The notes below the pieces were generated by a model that saw only the letters and a program-made list of their open reading frames with translations, made no database searches and had not been told where the DNA came from. Shown in pieces: positions 1 to 10,226 of a stretch of DNA of 64,000 nt. The stretch is taken from contig CAVOPA010000008.1 in the NCBI GenBank assembly GCA_963697705.1, forward strand, positions 23,694 through 87,693, read 5' to 3'. The stretch comes from Vicinamibacteria bacterium. Lineage in GTDB: Bacteria; Acidobacteriota; Vicinamibacteria; Vicinamibacterales; JAENWD01. How positions within the stretch are numbered: position 1 is the stretch's first letter; every line of letters starts with the position of its first letter. The translations under genes and the position numbers were made by a program.

Positions 1-386
1 AGCATTCCAGGGTGCAGGTAGGTCGCGATCGCTTCGACGGCAGACACCACGTACGAGAGATCCGGGTCCTTCGTCTTTCGCAAAGGCGTCGGCACGCAGA
101 TGTTGACCGTGTCGAGTGTCTCTATCACCGCGAAGTCGGTCGTGGCGCTCAGTCGCTTGTCGCGTACGAGCGCCGCCACGTGGTGCCCCGGCACATCGGG
201 TATGTACGAATCGCCGCCATTGATAGCGTCGACCTTCCGGTTGTCGATGTCGATGCCGATCGCCTCGAAGCCCGCGCGTCCCAACTCCACGGCGAGCGGC
301 AGGCCGACATACCCGAGGCCGACGATTCCCGTGCGGGCACGACGCGAGGTGATTCGATCGAGCAGGTCCGTGTAGCTGGATGTCAT
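1..386 (-). CDS. Nucleotide-sugar dehydrogenase (UDP-glucose/UDP-GlcNAc 6-dehydrogenase family), runs off window edge
   Basis: Not in ORF track; manual translation from ATG at 386: MTSSYTDLLDRITSRRARTGIVGLGYVGLPLAVELG...NICVPTPLRKTKDPDLSYV (Rossmann GxGYVG and CVPTP motifs). Confidence 0.9.
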   Translation of the reverse strand, partial: MTSSYTDLLDRITSRRARTGIVGLGYVGLPLAVELGRAGFEAIGIDIDNRKVDAINGGDSYIPDVPGHHVAALVRDKRLSATTDFAVIETLDTVNICVPTPLRKTKDPDLSYVVSAVEAIATYLHPGM

Positions 387-408
387 GAAGTTCCTGTGAG
401 CGCGTGAT

Positions 409-1719
409 TCACGATCGTTCCTCGAGCGTCGCCTCGTCGCCGACCAGTGCCCGACGCACGCGCTGCCAGAGTCCGTCCCGCCGCGTCAGCGCGGGCGGCG
501 TGAAGGGAGCGGCCGCGAGCACACGCTGGCTCGGCCCCATTGGCGTCCAGCGGTCCGCAGCGGAAGGGGAGGGCCCGGCCGGCGCTGGAACGCAACGGGG
601 GGCCAGCGAGCGGCGTCAGTCGCGGCAGACGGCGGAGTCATCTCCGCCCGGGTGTCCTGCAGCAGCCGCGCCTGTTCGGCCAGCACGCGCCGCTGCTCCG
701 CTAATTCCTCCTCGCGCCGCTGGAGGTGGGCCTCCCGCGCCCGTAATGCGGCCTCACGTGCGGCGTCCACGGCGCCCTCAGCCTGCCGATCGGCCTGCGT
801 GGCCGTCGGTACCGCATCGGCCCGCACGTGCGGGACGGTTGCGGGGATCAGCGGCACGATTCCGGGAGAGACCGGCACAGGGCGCGGCACCGTCTCCGAG
901 AACGGCGGCAACACGCCTGTCGCTTCGAGCTCCGCCAGGGCTTCGTCGGCCAAGCCCAGGTCAATCGTCCGCCGATCCGCGCCGTATCCGAAGAGCAGGA
1001 TGGCATCGCAGATCACGTTGATCAGACGCGGCACGCCACCGCTCCGCTGGTGCACCACTGCGCTCACGTCCGTGGGGAACTCCAGCGGCGCTCCGATAGC
1101 GGCGCGCGCGAGGCGGTGGTTGATATATGCGGCCGTGTCGCCGGGATCGAGAGGCCCAAGGTGATAACTGACGGTCACCCGCTGCCGCAGCTGCTCCAGC
1201 TCCGGCTGGCCCAGCTTCTCACGCAGGTCCGGCTGTCCGACCAGGACGATCTGAACCAGCTTCGACTTCTCCGTCTCGAAGTTCGAGAGCATCCGCACCT
1301 CTTCCAGGGCGGGAAGGGTGAGGTTCTGTGCTTCGTCGATCACCAGCAGCACGAGCCGCCCGGCCGCGCGCTCGCCCACGAGGAAATCACCCAGCTGGCG
1401 CAGCATGCCGGGTTTGCGCGGCTTCCGGTTCGAGGCCGAAGTCGATGAGAATCGATTCGAGGAGCTCGTTCGGCTCCAGCATCGTGTTCACGAGCCGTGC
1501 GACGGTCGTCTCGCGATCCAGACCGCGCAGCAGCGTCTGCAGGAGGGTGGTCTTGCCCGATCCGATCTCGCCCGTGATCACGACGAACCCGGCCTGACCC
1601 TCGATGCCGAGGCGCAGGTAGCTGAGGGCCTCCCGGTGTACGCGGCTCGGGTACAGGTAATCAGGGTCGGGGCTGAGCGCAAACGGACGCTCGCGCAGCT
1701 GGTAGAAGCGTTCGTACAT
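409..1719 (-). CDS. ExeA-like AAA ATPase (PEP-CTERM/EPS-locus-associated type), frameshifted
   Basis: MYERFYQLRERPFALSPDP, Walker A GEIGSGKTT (ORF 1387..1719), Walker B LVIDEAQNL and SGGVPRLIN (ORF 486..1406); likely true C-terminus GLWQRVRRALVGDEATLEERS* ending at 409. Confidence 0.85.
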
Positions 1720-1722
1720 CGC

Positions 1723-2508
1723 TTACCGGCCTCCCGCACCGGCTACCGCGCGGAGGCGCGGAAGGCCGTCGCTGCCCGCGCCGGCAACGTTCTCGATCTG
1801 CGGAAGGATGTCGCGCAGCGCGCGTTGATAGTCCTCCGGGAAATCGATTTCCGTCCACGGGTATCCCCGTGTCCCAATCGCGTAGAGAGGCCGCTCGGCG
1901 GCAAAAGCGGCAAACGCCCGCGGCGCCCAGTCTCGTCGCCCGCCGCCGCCGACGATGGCTTCGAGCTTCTCGACGAGCACCGGCGCGGCGTCCGCGTCGA
2001 ACCGGAGCATTCCGACGTTCTCGCCGTCTGCCTCCGCCGGATCCATCGCCTTGCTCATGTCCACGACACGGCCACCCCGCACCTTCACTTTCATTTCCTC
2101 GTCGTTGAACGGCGGGTCCTCAGGCTGGCGGTACGCGAGCATCAGCGCGGCGTCGTGCCGAGCCGTCAGGAGGTCATGGAGGAGCTGGGGGTGGAACAGC
2201 ACGTCACAGTTGAGCACCACGCACCCGTCTGACAGCAGCGTACGTGCCATCCAGAGCGAGTACAGACTGTTGGTCGTCGCAAACTCGGTGTTCTCGACGT
2301 AGATGAGTCCGGGGCCGCAGTGCTCGCGAACTGCGGCCGCCTCGCAGCCGATAACGGCGGCGATGTCGCGAATGCCGGCGTCGCACAATGCGCGGATTTG
2401 CCTCTGGATCAGCGACGTGTGCCCGACGCGCAGAAGCGCCTTGGACCCGTTGTGCAGTTCCCCGTTCAGGCGTGAGCCGCGTCCGGCAGCGAGAATGATC
2501 GCACGCAT
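1723..2508 (-). CDS. Phosphocholine cytidylyltransferase-like (LicC family) NTP transferase
   Basis: MRAIILAAGRGSRL, TNSLYSLW, LNCDVLF, WTEIDFPEDY motifs. Confidence 0.8.
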   Translation of the reverse strand: MRAIILAAGRGSRLNGELHNGSKALLRVGHTSLIQRQIRALCDAGIRDIAAVIGCEAAAVREHCGPGLIYVENTEFATTNSLYSLWMARTLLSDGCVVLNCDVLFHPQLLHDLLTARHDAALMLAYRQPEDPPFNDEEMKVKVRGGRVVDMSKAMDPAEADGENVGMLRFDADAAPVLVEKLEAIVGGGGRRDWAPRAFAAFAAERPLYAIGTRGYPWTEIDFPEDYQRALRDILPQIENVAGAGSDGLPRLRAVAGAGGR

Positions 2509-2527
2509 GACGTACTTCGTCTCCTGA

Positions 2528-4102
2528 CTAGGCCGCGGCCGGCGCCCGCCAGCCGCGACCGGCGAGTTGCCCCAGTTTGGCCCAGTACACGACGCGTTCC
2601 CGGGGTGAGATGGCCACCGCGATGAAGAGCGCCTCGTACACCAATCCCGCTACCACCAACAGGGCCGCCAGCCCGGGAAGCGTCGGGCCGGCAAACGGCC
2701 GGCCGACCCAGATGACGGCTGCCAACCCTGCCGCGGGCCAGGCGGCGGGCCAGACCGCGTGCCACCACATCGTCCAAACCGACACCCCGACCCGCGCACA
2801 GGCGCGCGGGATCACAACGAAAGCGGCGGCTATCGTCAGCGGCACGAGGGTGCCGAGGGCGACACCGCTCAGGCCCAGCGGCTTGACCAATGCGATGCTC
2901 AACAGGAGATTCGTCACAGCGGCGATCGAGTTGGTGATCGCCAGCAGCCGATGCTGCCCAGCCCCCCTGAGGATCGCGCTACAGCTGCTCGTCGTGACGC
3001 CCAGCAACACCCTCGCGAGCAAGAAACGCATGACGATCACGCTGCCGTCGAAGTGGGGACCCATCCAGGCGGCGACGATCGGTCCAGCCAGGATCCACAT
3101 GCCGGTGCAGATGGGGACTCCGAGAGCGAGCGACAGCGACGTACCGTGGAGCAGAATCGCGCGAAGACGGTCCTGCCGGTTCGCCGCGTCACTGTCGACG
3201 ATGATCGGGAACAGCGACGTGCTCAGTTGGCCTGTGATCTGCGCGCACAGCTGAGCGACCTTCTGTCCCACCGTCCAGGTGGTGACTGCAGACGTGCTCA
3301 TCATGGCGCCGATGACGAGCGTGTCCGTCGAGAAGTTCAGCTTAGCCGACCAGTCGAGCACCAGGATGTAGACACTGAACCCTGTGACTTCTCGCAGGCG
3401 CTGCCGACGGAACAACGTGGTGCGGACCTGCAGCCCCGGATACACCAGATACCCCGTCAGGACGAACCCCCCGAGCGCGAGCACGCGAACCGCCGTGGTG
3501 GATATCACCAGCGTCACGAGATCGGCGCCGCCGGTGAGCACTGAGTAGGTGACGAGCGCGACCGATATAGATGAACAGATGCTGATCACGTTGTTGAGGT
3601 AGTAGCGCTGGAAGCCAACCACCACCGCTCCGAAGATGCTCGCGGCGAAGCGGATCGCGATGAACGTGCCAATGACCATCAAGAGAGCTTGTGCGGTCGC
3701 AACCTGGTCCGGAGTCACCCTGAAGAACCGACCGAACTGCCACGCGATCCCGGCGGTGACCACCAACGTGATCACACCCACGCCCGTGAAGACCACGAAC
3801 ATCGTGCTCAGAATTTCGTTCAACGCCTGCCGGTCACGCCATGCCCGATACTGCGCGATGAACTTGACGAGGGCGCCACCGTACCCGAGGTCCAGCACCG
3901 AGAAGTAGAACGTGATGGAAGTTGTCAGGGCCCACAGGCCATACGCCGCCTTACCCAGATGCGCCACGTTGAAGGGCATCATCACCAGCCCAATGACACC
4001 GTCGACCGCGATGGCGAGATACCTGGTGCTGATGTTCCGTGCCATGAGCGCGAGCACTCGATCAGCCCGCCCCCAGATACGTGTCTCGTCGGGTGTGCTC
4101 AC
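2528..4102 (-). CDS. wzx: Oligosaccharide flippase (Wzx/MOP family)
   Basis: Many TM segments, LGKAAYGLW...LDLGYG motif; GTG start at 4102 overlaps the upstream stop (GTGA). Confidence 0.8.
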   Translation of the reverse strand: MSTPDETRIWGRADRVLALMARNISTRYLAIAVDGVIGLVMMPFNVAHLGKAAYGLWALTTSITFYFSVLDLGYGGALVKFIAQYRAWRDRQALNEILSTMFVVFTGVGVITLVVTAGIAWQFGRFFRVTPDQVATAQALLMVIGTFIAIRFAASIFGAVVVGFQRYYLNNVISICSSISVALVTYSVLTGGADLVTLVISTTAVRVLALGGFVLTGYLVYPGLQVRTTLFRRQRLREVTGFSVYILVLDWSAKLNFSTDTLVIGAMMSTSAVTTWTVGQKVAQLCAQITGQLSTSLFPIIVDSDAANRQDRLRAILLHGTSLSLALGVPICTGMWILAGPIVAAWMGPHFDGSVIVMRFLLARVLLGVTTSSCSAILRGAGQHRLLAITNSIAAVTNLLLSIALVKPLGLSGVALGTLVPLTIAAAFVVIPRACARVGVSVWTMWWHAVWPAAWPAAGLAAVIWVGRPFAGPTLPGLAALLVVAGLVYEALFIAVAISPRERVVYWAKLGQLAGRGWRAPAAA

Positions 4103-5472
4103 TGGGCGCCCTTCCTCGACAGGATGACCTTGATGGTGTCGAAGACAATCGTCAGGTCGAAGATGATCGACATGTGCTTGATGTAATAGAGGTCGTACCG
4201 CAGCTTCTCGCGTGCGTCCTCGATTGAGGCGCCGTAATGATATTTGACCTGTGCCCACCCGGTGGCGCCCGGCTTCACTGCGTGGCGCTGGTGATAGAAC
4301 GGGATCGCCTCCGTCAGCTGCTCGACGAAAAACGGCCGTTCCGGACGGGGCCCGACGAAGCTCATGTCGCCGCGCAGAACGTTCCAGAGCTGCGGCATCT
4401 CATCGAGACGCGTGAGGCGGATGAATCGGCCGACCCGTGTGACGCGATCGTCCTGGTCCCGGGCCCAGATGGGGGTGCCGCGCTCGGCATCGATGCGCAT
4501 CGAGCGGAACTTGTAGAGGGTGAACCTGCGCCCGTGCTCACCGACACGCTCTTGTGCGTACAGGATCGGCCCAACTGAATCCACGCGCACTGCGAGGGCC
4601 GTAAGCACCATCAGCGGAGCGGCGAATGCCAGCCCCACCAGCGCCAGCGCAACGTCGATCGCGCGCTTGAGCGCGCGCGTGACTCTCCTTGCCCGGAAAC
4701 CATCTGAAAAAATCAGCCAGCTCGGCTTGAGCTCGTCGAGCATGATCTTGCCGGTGAGCCGCTCGTACGTCGTTTGGGGCTCCTCGATGCGAACGCCCTG
4801 CAGCTTTGCTTCCAGCAGTTCCTCTATCGGCAGCCTGCCCCGCCGATCCGCCAGGCCGACGATGATGCGGTTGACGCGGTGGTCCCTCACGAGCCGCATG
4901 ATGTCGGCGTGTGTGCCGATCACCTTGGGATTCACGATGCTCGTACCGATTCGACTGGGGTCTTCGTCGGTGAACCCGACGATCGTGTACGCATAGTCGT
5001 GCTGGTCGAGCACTTCTCGCGCAACGATCCGCGCGGTCGCGCTGGTGCCGACGATGAGCACGTGCTCCTGCAGGCGCCGCGCGCCGCCCACCTGCAGGAA
5101 GAGCAATCGCCAGACAGTGACCGCCACGACGAAGACGAACACCGACGACGCGAGCACGCCGTTGCCGATGATGAGGCGGGGAAATGCGACGTACAGCGCC
5201 GCAAGCACGAGTGACGCCGAGCCGCTCGCCTGCAGCAGGCGGACGAGCAGCTCGCGCGGCGAGTTTACGAGGGTCAGATCGTACAAATCGTGGTAGTAGA
5301 ACGACAGCTGGCAGAGCACGGTGATGAGGAACACCTTCCAGATGACGCCATCGGACGCAGTCACGCCGCCGTGCAGGTGCATCGCGTACACGATCGAACA
5401 TGCGATAAGCACCAGCTCGAACGCGAAGACCGTCAGGCCGCGCGGTGAGATGTAGCGGTTGAACACCCGCAT
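4099..5472 (-). CDS. Priming polyprenyl glycosylphosphotransferase (PEP-CTERM/EPS-associated sugar transferase)
   Basis: N-terminal TMs, CoA-binding-like middle region, C-terminal [39 protein letters not shown]. Confidence 0.92.
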   Translation of the reverse strand: MRVFNRYISPRGLTVFAFELVLIACSIVYAMHLHGGVTASDGVIWKVFLITVLCQLSFYYHDLYDLTLVNSPRELLVRLLQASGSASLVLAALYVAFPRLIIGNGVLASSVFVFVVAVTVWRLLFLQVGGARRLQEHVLIVGTSATARIVAREVLDQHDYAYTIVGFTDEDPSRIGTSIVNPKVIGTHADIMRLVRDHRVNRIIVGLADRRGRLPIEELLEAKLQGVRIEEPQTTYERLTGKIMLDELKPSWLIFSDGFRARRVTRALKRAIDVALALVGLAFAAPLMVLTALAVRVDSVGPILYAQERVGEHGRRFTLYKFRSMRIDAERGTPIWARDQDDRVTRVGRFIRLTRLDEMPQLWNVLRGDMSFVGPRPERPFFVEQLTEAIPFYHQRHAVKPGATGWAQVKYHYGASIEDAREKLRYDLYYIKHMSIIFDLTIVFDTIKVILSRKGAQ

Positions 5473-5481
5473 CCGTGATTC

Positions 5482-6378
5482 CTACCCCGCCTGCGGCATG
5501 TCGGCGGGCTCTGGGGACGCAGCCTGATAGCTATACCCGTACTCGTCAGGGTCGCCCCCGCCCGACTCGTTGAGGACCAGGCCGAGCAATCGCTCCGCGT
5601 CGAACGTGCCGAGCGCGCGCTCGATCAGCGGCTTCGGCGTGATACCCGCGTGAACGACGAGGATGACGCCGTCACACTGCGGTGCCAATACGCCCACGTC
5701 GGCCAGCGGGATCACCGGAGGCATGTCGATGATCACGCGATCGAACCGTGACCGGAGCGTCTCCAGCGCGCGGCGCATGGCGCTGGAGCCGAGCAGCTCG
5801 GCCGGTTGTGCAGGGGGCAACCCAGCCGGCACCACCGCGAGATGAAGGTCCGGCAGCAGCACAAGCGCGTCCTCGAGGGAGGCGCTCCCGCCGAGCACGT
5901 CCACGAGCCCAGGCTGCTGCGGGATCCCGAGGAGCGCATGCGCCGAGGGGCGCCGCAGGTCGGCGTCCAGCAGCACGACCCTCCGGTTGAATTCCTGGGC
6001 CATGGTCAACGCGAGGTTGGCCGCAGTAACGGACTTGCCGTCGCCTTTACCCGGACTCGTCACGAGCAACACGCGCCGCGCGCGGCCCCCTTCGAGGAGT
6101 ACGAGCCGCGTTCGCAGGGTCCGGTACTGCTCGGCGGCGGGCGCGTGGGGTGCCACCACTGGCACCAGCACCTGGTCGATGCGAGAAGGGACCACTTCCC
6201 GCAGCGCCTCGGGAAGCGTGCGCGCCTCGCGCAGGTTGCGGCGTTCCACGCGAAGCGGCGGCGCCGCTTCGGCGGCAGGCGCTTCCGATGGTGGAGGCAC
6301 GCGGGTGTCGCGACCATACGAATGGCGCATGTTGCCGTCGCGTTCCGCCTTGCGAAGAATGTCCTGGATGCGGCTCAT
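5482..6378 (-). CDS. CpsD/CapB-family bacterial tyrosine kinase
   Basis: EQYRTLRTRL, TSPGKGDGKS Walker A, LLDADLRRP, IIDMPP, C-terminal Tyr cluster EYGYSY. Confidence 0.9.
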   Translation of the reverse strand: MSRIQDILRKAERDGNMRHSYGRDTRVPPPSEAPAAEAAPPLRVERRNLREARTLPEALREVVPSRIDQVLVPVVAPHAPAAEQYRTLRTRLVLLEGGRARRVLLVTSPGKGDGKSVTAANLALTMAQEFNRRVVLLDADLRRPSAHALLGIPQQPGLVDVLGGSASLEDALVLLPDLHLAVVPAGLPPAQPAELLGSSAMRRALETLRSRFDRVIIDMPPVIPLADVGVLAPQCDGVILVVHAGITPKPLIERALGTFDAERLLGLVLNESGGGDPDEYGYSYQAASPEPADMPQAG

Positions 6379-6392
6379 GGTCTGTCTTCTCC

Positions 6393-7835
6393 TCACGCCG
6401 CACGCGAGATCCGCGAGATCTCGCCGAGCACCGGGACGTCGAACTCCGCCTGCAGTGCCCGTACGTCGTGCACGGACCGATCGAGGTACTCGCGGGCGAC
6501 CGCCGAGGCGCCGCCGAGTCCGATCCCGAGCGCGATCCCGAGCAGCAGCAGCCGCATCACGTTCGGCGACTCGGGCTCGCGCGGGACGTAGGCCCCGTAG
6601 AGCACCTGGAATTGCTCGCCCCCGCGACGGCGCTCGAGGCTCTCGGTGAGCTCCGCCGACTGCAGCTTCGCGCTCAGGTCGGCGTATTGCTTCCTCTCGA
6701 GGTCGTATTCGCGTTGCAGCGACGCGAGCTGCTGCTCCACCATCGGGGCCGCCTCCACGCGGGACTGGTATGACGCGACCTGCGCGCGCATCTGGCTCTC
6801 CGCCCGCTGGAGGTCGCGGATGCGCAACCGCGCGGTCTCGCGGTCGGCGAGCAGCTGACGGTATGCGGGATCCATCCGCAAATTGGCCAGCCGATCTTCT
6901 TCCGGGCGATCACGTTCTGCGGCGGCGTCACGCTTGGCGGCGGCGAGGTCCTCCTGCAGGCGCTGAATTTCGGGGTGCTTGTCGGTATACACCCCGCGGG
7001 CGTTCGCCAGTTCCCGCTGCAGCTGCAGCACGCGCGCCTGCCCGCTGGACACCGCGGACCGCCCGGGAAGCGTCACGTCGCCGCCTCCCTGTTGCATTCC
7101 GTCGATCTGCCGTTCAATCATGGAGAGGCGGTCCTGCTCGCCTCGGAGCGCTATGGCGGTCGACTCGAGCTGCTGCCGCGTGCCGGCAGCCATGCTGAGG
7201 TTCGACTGCGTCTGCTCCGGCAGGCGGCCCATGTAGGATTCCTTGGCTCTGCGCAGCCGCTCTTCGATCTGATCCAGGCGGTCCTTGCTCGCCGCGAGCT
7301 GCGTTGCGACGAACGCAGATGTATCTTCCGCGCGCGCCTCGCGGGAGCGGGAGCTGGCCTCCACGAAGACGCGCGCGATCGTGTCGGCGACGCGCTGCGC
7401 CTCGCCCGGTGTCGGGGCAGCATAGGAGAGCAGAAACGCATCGAGCTGCTGGCCCGCGCGTGCGACCTGTTTGAGAAGCTCGGTGGGGTCCACTCTGATG
7501 CGATTGGGTTGGAGCAGCCGTTTGACCGCCGCATCCACGTTGCCGTCTGGCGCGAGGTGCTCATCATGCACGACCTGCTCGAGCACCGTGCGGCTCAGGA
7601 GCTGCTGCGAGATCGCACCGATGCGCTCCTCCCTGGAGAGTGGTCCTGCCTGCTTCAGCAAGTCTGCCGAGATCGCCGGCGAGGACACAGCGATTGTCGC
7701 CGCCGAGCGGTACACCCGCGGCAGGGTGATGGCCAGCACTGCCGCGCCGGCGATGCACAGCACCGCGGGGATCACGATCCACCACTTGCGGCGTCGCACC
7801 AGTGACAGATAGTCGAGTGGATGGAACGTCGCCAT
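6393..7835 (-). CDS. Polysaccharide chain-length determinant (Wzz/GumC family)
   Basis: LDYLSLVRRRKWWIV TM1, coiled coil, YTDKHPEI, C-terminal TM then EYLDRSV...PVLGEI. Confidence 0.88.
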   Translation of the reverse strand: MATFHPLDYLSLVRRRKWWIVIPAVLCIAGAAVLAITLPRVYRSAATIAVSSPAISADLLKQAGPLSREERIGAISQQLLSRTVLEQVVHDEHLAPDGNVDAAVKRLLQPNRIRVDPTELLKQVARAGQQLDAFLLSYAAPTPGEAQRVADTIARVFVEASSRSREARAEDTSAFVATQLAASKDRLDQIEERLRRAKESYMGRLPEQTQSNLSMAAGTRQQLESTAIALRGEQDRLSMIERQIDGMQQGGGDVTLPGRSAVSSGQARVLQLQRELANARGVYTDKHPEIQRLQEDLAAAKRDAAAERDRPEEDRLANLRMDPAYRQLLADRETARLRIRDLQRAESQMRAQVASYQSRVEAAPMVEQQLASLQREYDLERKQYADLSAKLQSAELTESLERRRGGEQFQVLYGAYVPREPESPNVMRLLLLGIALGIGLGGASAVAREYLDRSVHDVRALQAEFDVPVLGEISRISRAA

Positions 7836-9052
7836 TACTGCAGCCTCATGGGGTGTGCGCTGACAATGTGGACGCCGATTTGGTTGCGATCGACACGGCC
7901 GCCCGGAAGCGACGAGTCCTGGAACGAGCCGGTATAGAACCCCTCGAGCCGGAGCCACGGCTGGAAGAAGTACGCGAGCGTCGTCTGCACCCAAATCGAT
8001 TTGACTCCCACCTCTCCGGGGAAGACGGTGTCAGTCTGGCGCCATGTGACACTGCCACTGCTGTACGCCCGGTTACGCCAGAACGGCACGTGAACACTGC
8101 CCGTGACCTCCTGATTGGCGAGGCTGCCACCGAACCCGAACGCGGGAACGTACGATCGCGTGGCACTCAGGAGGAAGCGGGCGTATTCGGTCTGCTTACG
8201 AATAGAGAGATGACCGGCGGGCCCGGTCCGCGCGCCCTCCGGCTCGGGCAGGGCCAGATGAGAGATCCCCAGGCCTCCCTCCATGCTCAAGGTGGCGCCC
8301 AGCTCGTACGAGACGGTCGCCTGGGCATCCTGGATTGTAAAGTCCTCGGCTCCCGCTGCCGGCCCGGTCTTGGCCCGTCGTGCGCCGTATGTGCCACCGA
8401 GACGGAGGCGAGAGTTGAGAGCCTTGTGCGCGCGGATGGTGACAGAGTGTGCCCGGCCGCCCTGGAGGAGCGCGGATACCGACTGGTCCGGGTTGTCGAA
8501 CTCGACCCACTGAAAGTGGTACGAACCGGTGAGCTGAATCGTCTTTGTGAGGGCACTCGTCATATTCGCGTTGAGATCGTTCTGCCGCGTGCCGGTCCGC
8601 GTGAACGGCACGCCCGCTACTTCCACGAGATCCGTCGTTGGGGAGATGCTGAAGTTATCGCGCAGAGAGAGCGAGATACGTCGCGAGGCTTGCTGCCTCA
8701 ACTCCACGTAGCCGCCCTGGCTATAGTTGTCGTACCGGTCGAGCTCCCGGTAACGCTGGATTCCGCCGCGGTATCCGCCGCCGAAAAAGACATGGTTGGC
8801 CGTGAACGACAGGTCGGCGCCGGGGCGTACGTTCGTGACCACGTCGTCTGGCGACGGGTCGCCCTGTCCCGCGAGAACGATGTTGTCATCGTGCGTCACG
8901 CCAATCGAGACGGTCGGCGTGAACACCCAACCCGGAATCACTCGGCCGGACGTCTCGCCGACGCGCGATTGGGCGAGCGCGCGAGAGCCCGGCAGAATGG
9001 CTGTGAACGCGAGGGACGCCATTATGACCCCAGTCTTCGGACACGTCAGCAT
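7835..9052 (-). CDS. EPS-associated outer-membrane beta-barrel protein
   Basis: Signal peptide, FTPTVSIGVTHDDNI, alternating beta-strand pattern; lies between wza and wzz-like genes. Confidence 0.7.
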   Translation of the reverse strand: MLTCPKTGVIMASLAFTAILPGSRALAQSRVGETSGRVIPGWVFTPTVSIGVTHDDNIVLAGQGDPSPDDVVTNVRPGADLSFTANHVFFGGGYRGGIQRYRELDRYDNYSQGGYVELRQQASRRISLSLRDNFSISPTTDLVEVAGVPFTRTGTRQNDLNANMTSALTKTIQLTGSYHFQWVEFDNPDQSVSALLQGGRAHSVTIRAHKALNSRLRLGGTYGARRAKTGPAAGAEDFTIQDAQATVSYELGATLSMEGGLGISHLALPEPEGARTGPAGHLSIRKQTEYARFLLSATRSYVPAFGFGGSLANQEVTGSVHVPFWRNRAYSSGSVTWRQTDTVFPGEVGVKSIWVQTTLAYFFQPWLRLEGFYTGSFQDSSLPGGRVDRNQIGVHIVSAHPMRLQ

Positions 9053-9062
9053 CGTCGCGTCC

Positions 9063-9743
9063 TCAGGGAACGATGACCGTGTCGCCGGGCTGCAGCAGCA
9101 CAGGGGTGCCGTCGCCCTTGACGGCCGACTTGTAGTTGAACGCGATGGTCTGGACGCCCCGGGGGCTTTGCCGCAGCACGCGGATCTCTTTCGTGTTCGC
9201 GAAATCGCGGAAGCCACCAACCATGGCCAGCGCCTGCAGCACCGATGTGGGACCGTTCAGCGGAACTGCGCCGGGGTGAGCCACCTCGCCCATCACGTAG
9301 ATGACCGGCGGCACCGTCTCCACCACGATCACGGTGACGACCGGGTTGGTGACGTACTCCTTCAACGCACTGGCGATTTGATCACGCAGCTCGATCGAGG
9401 TCAGGCCCGCGGCTGTGATGTCCCCGACGAGCGGAAGCGTGATCTTGCCATCCGGGCGCACCTGCAGGGATTGCGACAGCTGGGCATCCTTGTAGACCTC
9501 GACGCGCAGCTTGTCCCCAACGGCCAGACGGTAGTCGGCGGGTAACGCGGCAGCTGCGCGCCGTTCCGGCGACGCTGCAGCCGCAGGCGGCTGGGCAACG
9601 CCCTTGCGTGACGTATCCTCGTGGGGTGCCGGGGCCGACGTGCTGCCGGGGGCGGATGCGGTGTCTGGTGCAGTTTGCGCCCCGACAGACGGCGACACGA
9701 CCAGAGTGGCCGTCGTGACGAAAACGAGAAGGTGCGTAGTCAT
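9063..9743 (-). CDS. Polysaccharide export protein (Wza/GumB family, Poly_export + SLBB)
   Basis: DYRLAVGDKLRVEV, VRPDGKITLPLVGDI, GEVAHPG, LQPGDTVIVP. Confidence 0.9.
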   Translation of the reverse strand: MTTHLLVFVTTATLVVSPSVGAQTAPDTASAPGSTSAPAPHEDTSRKGVAQPPAAAASPERRAAAALPADYRLAVGDKLRVEVYKDAQLSQSLQVRPDGKITLPLVGDITAAGLTSIELRDQIASALKEYVTNPVVTVIVVETVPPVIYVMGEVAHPGAVPLNGPTSVLQALAMVGGFRDFANTKEIRVLRQSPRGVQTIAFNYKSAVKGDGTPVLLQPGDTVIVP

Positions 9744-9746
9744 GGC

Positions 9747-10226
9747 TTAGTTCCGCTCCGCGCGCGCCTCCGGGCCGCCGCGCCAATTGACGATGGGCCG
9801 CGCCATCGCCTGCCGCCGCAGCGACCCGGCGTCGACCGCGTGCGTCGGGTAGCACGCTGCACCGATGGCGATGTGCAGCGGCATCGGGAACTCGTGATTC
9901 TCGATACGCCCAACCAATCGGTCGACCACTCGAGTCGAGTGCTCGTAATCCGCGTCGATCAGCAGCACTGCCAATGCGCCCTTCCCGTCGTGGCCGAGTG
10001 GATCGGTGTCCCGCACTTCGCGCCCCACGACATCCGCCAGTCCGACGAGCGTTCCCTCGTCGGCGCTGAGCATCAGACCGTCCCACTCGCGCCGCGTGTC
10101 CATCACCACCAATGTCACGAAGTTCTGTCCCCGGACCGCGCGCTTCAGCTCGGTTTCGAGCACCGCGTCGAAGACGCCGGGGGGGAGCACGCGCGGGCGG
10201 CGCGGGTCCCGGGAATCAGTCGCCAT
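9747..10226 (-). CDS. Stand-alone degenerate GGDEF-like domain protein
   Basis: LETELKRAVR...LVVMD...VRDTDPLGHDGKGALAVLL...IAIGAACYP...DAGSLRRQA follows the GGDEF fold; active site reads GKGAL. Confidence 0.7.
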   Translation of the reverse strand: MATDSRDPRRPRVLPPGVFDAVLETELKRAVRGQNFVTLVVMDTRREWDGLMLSADEGTLVGLADVVGREVRDTDPLGHDGKGALAVLLIDADYEHSTRVVDRLVGRIENHEFPMPLHIAIGAACYPTHAVDAGSLRRQAMARPIVNWRGGPEARAERN

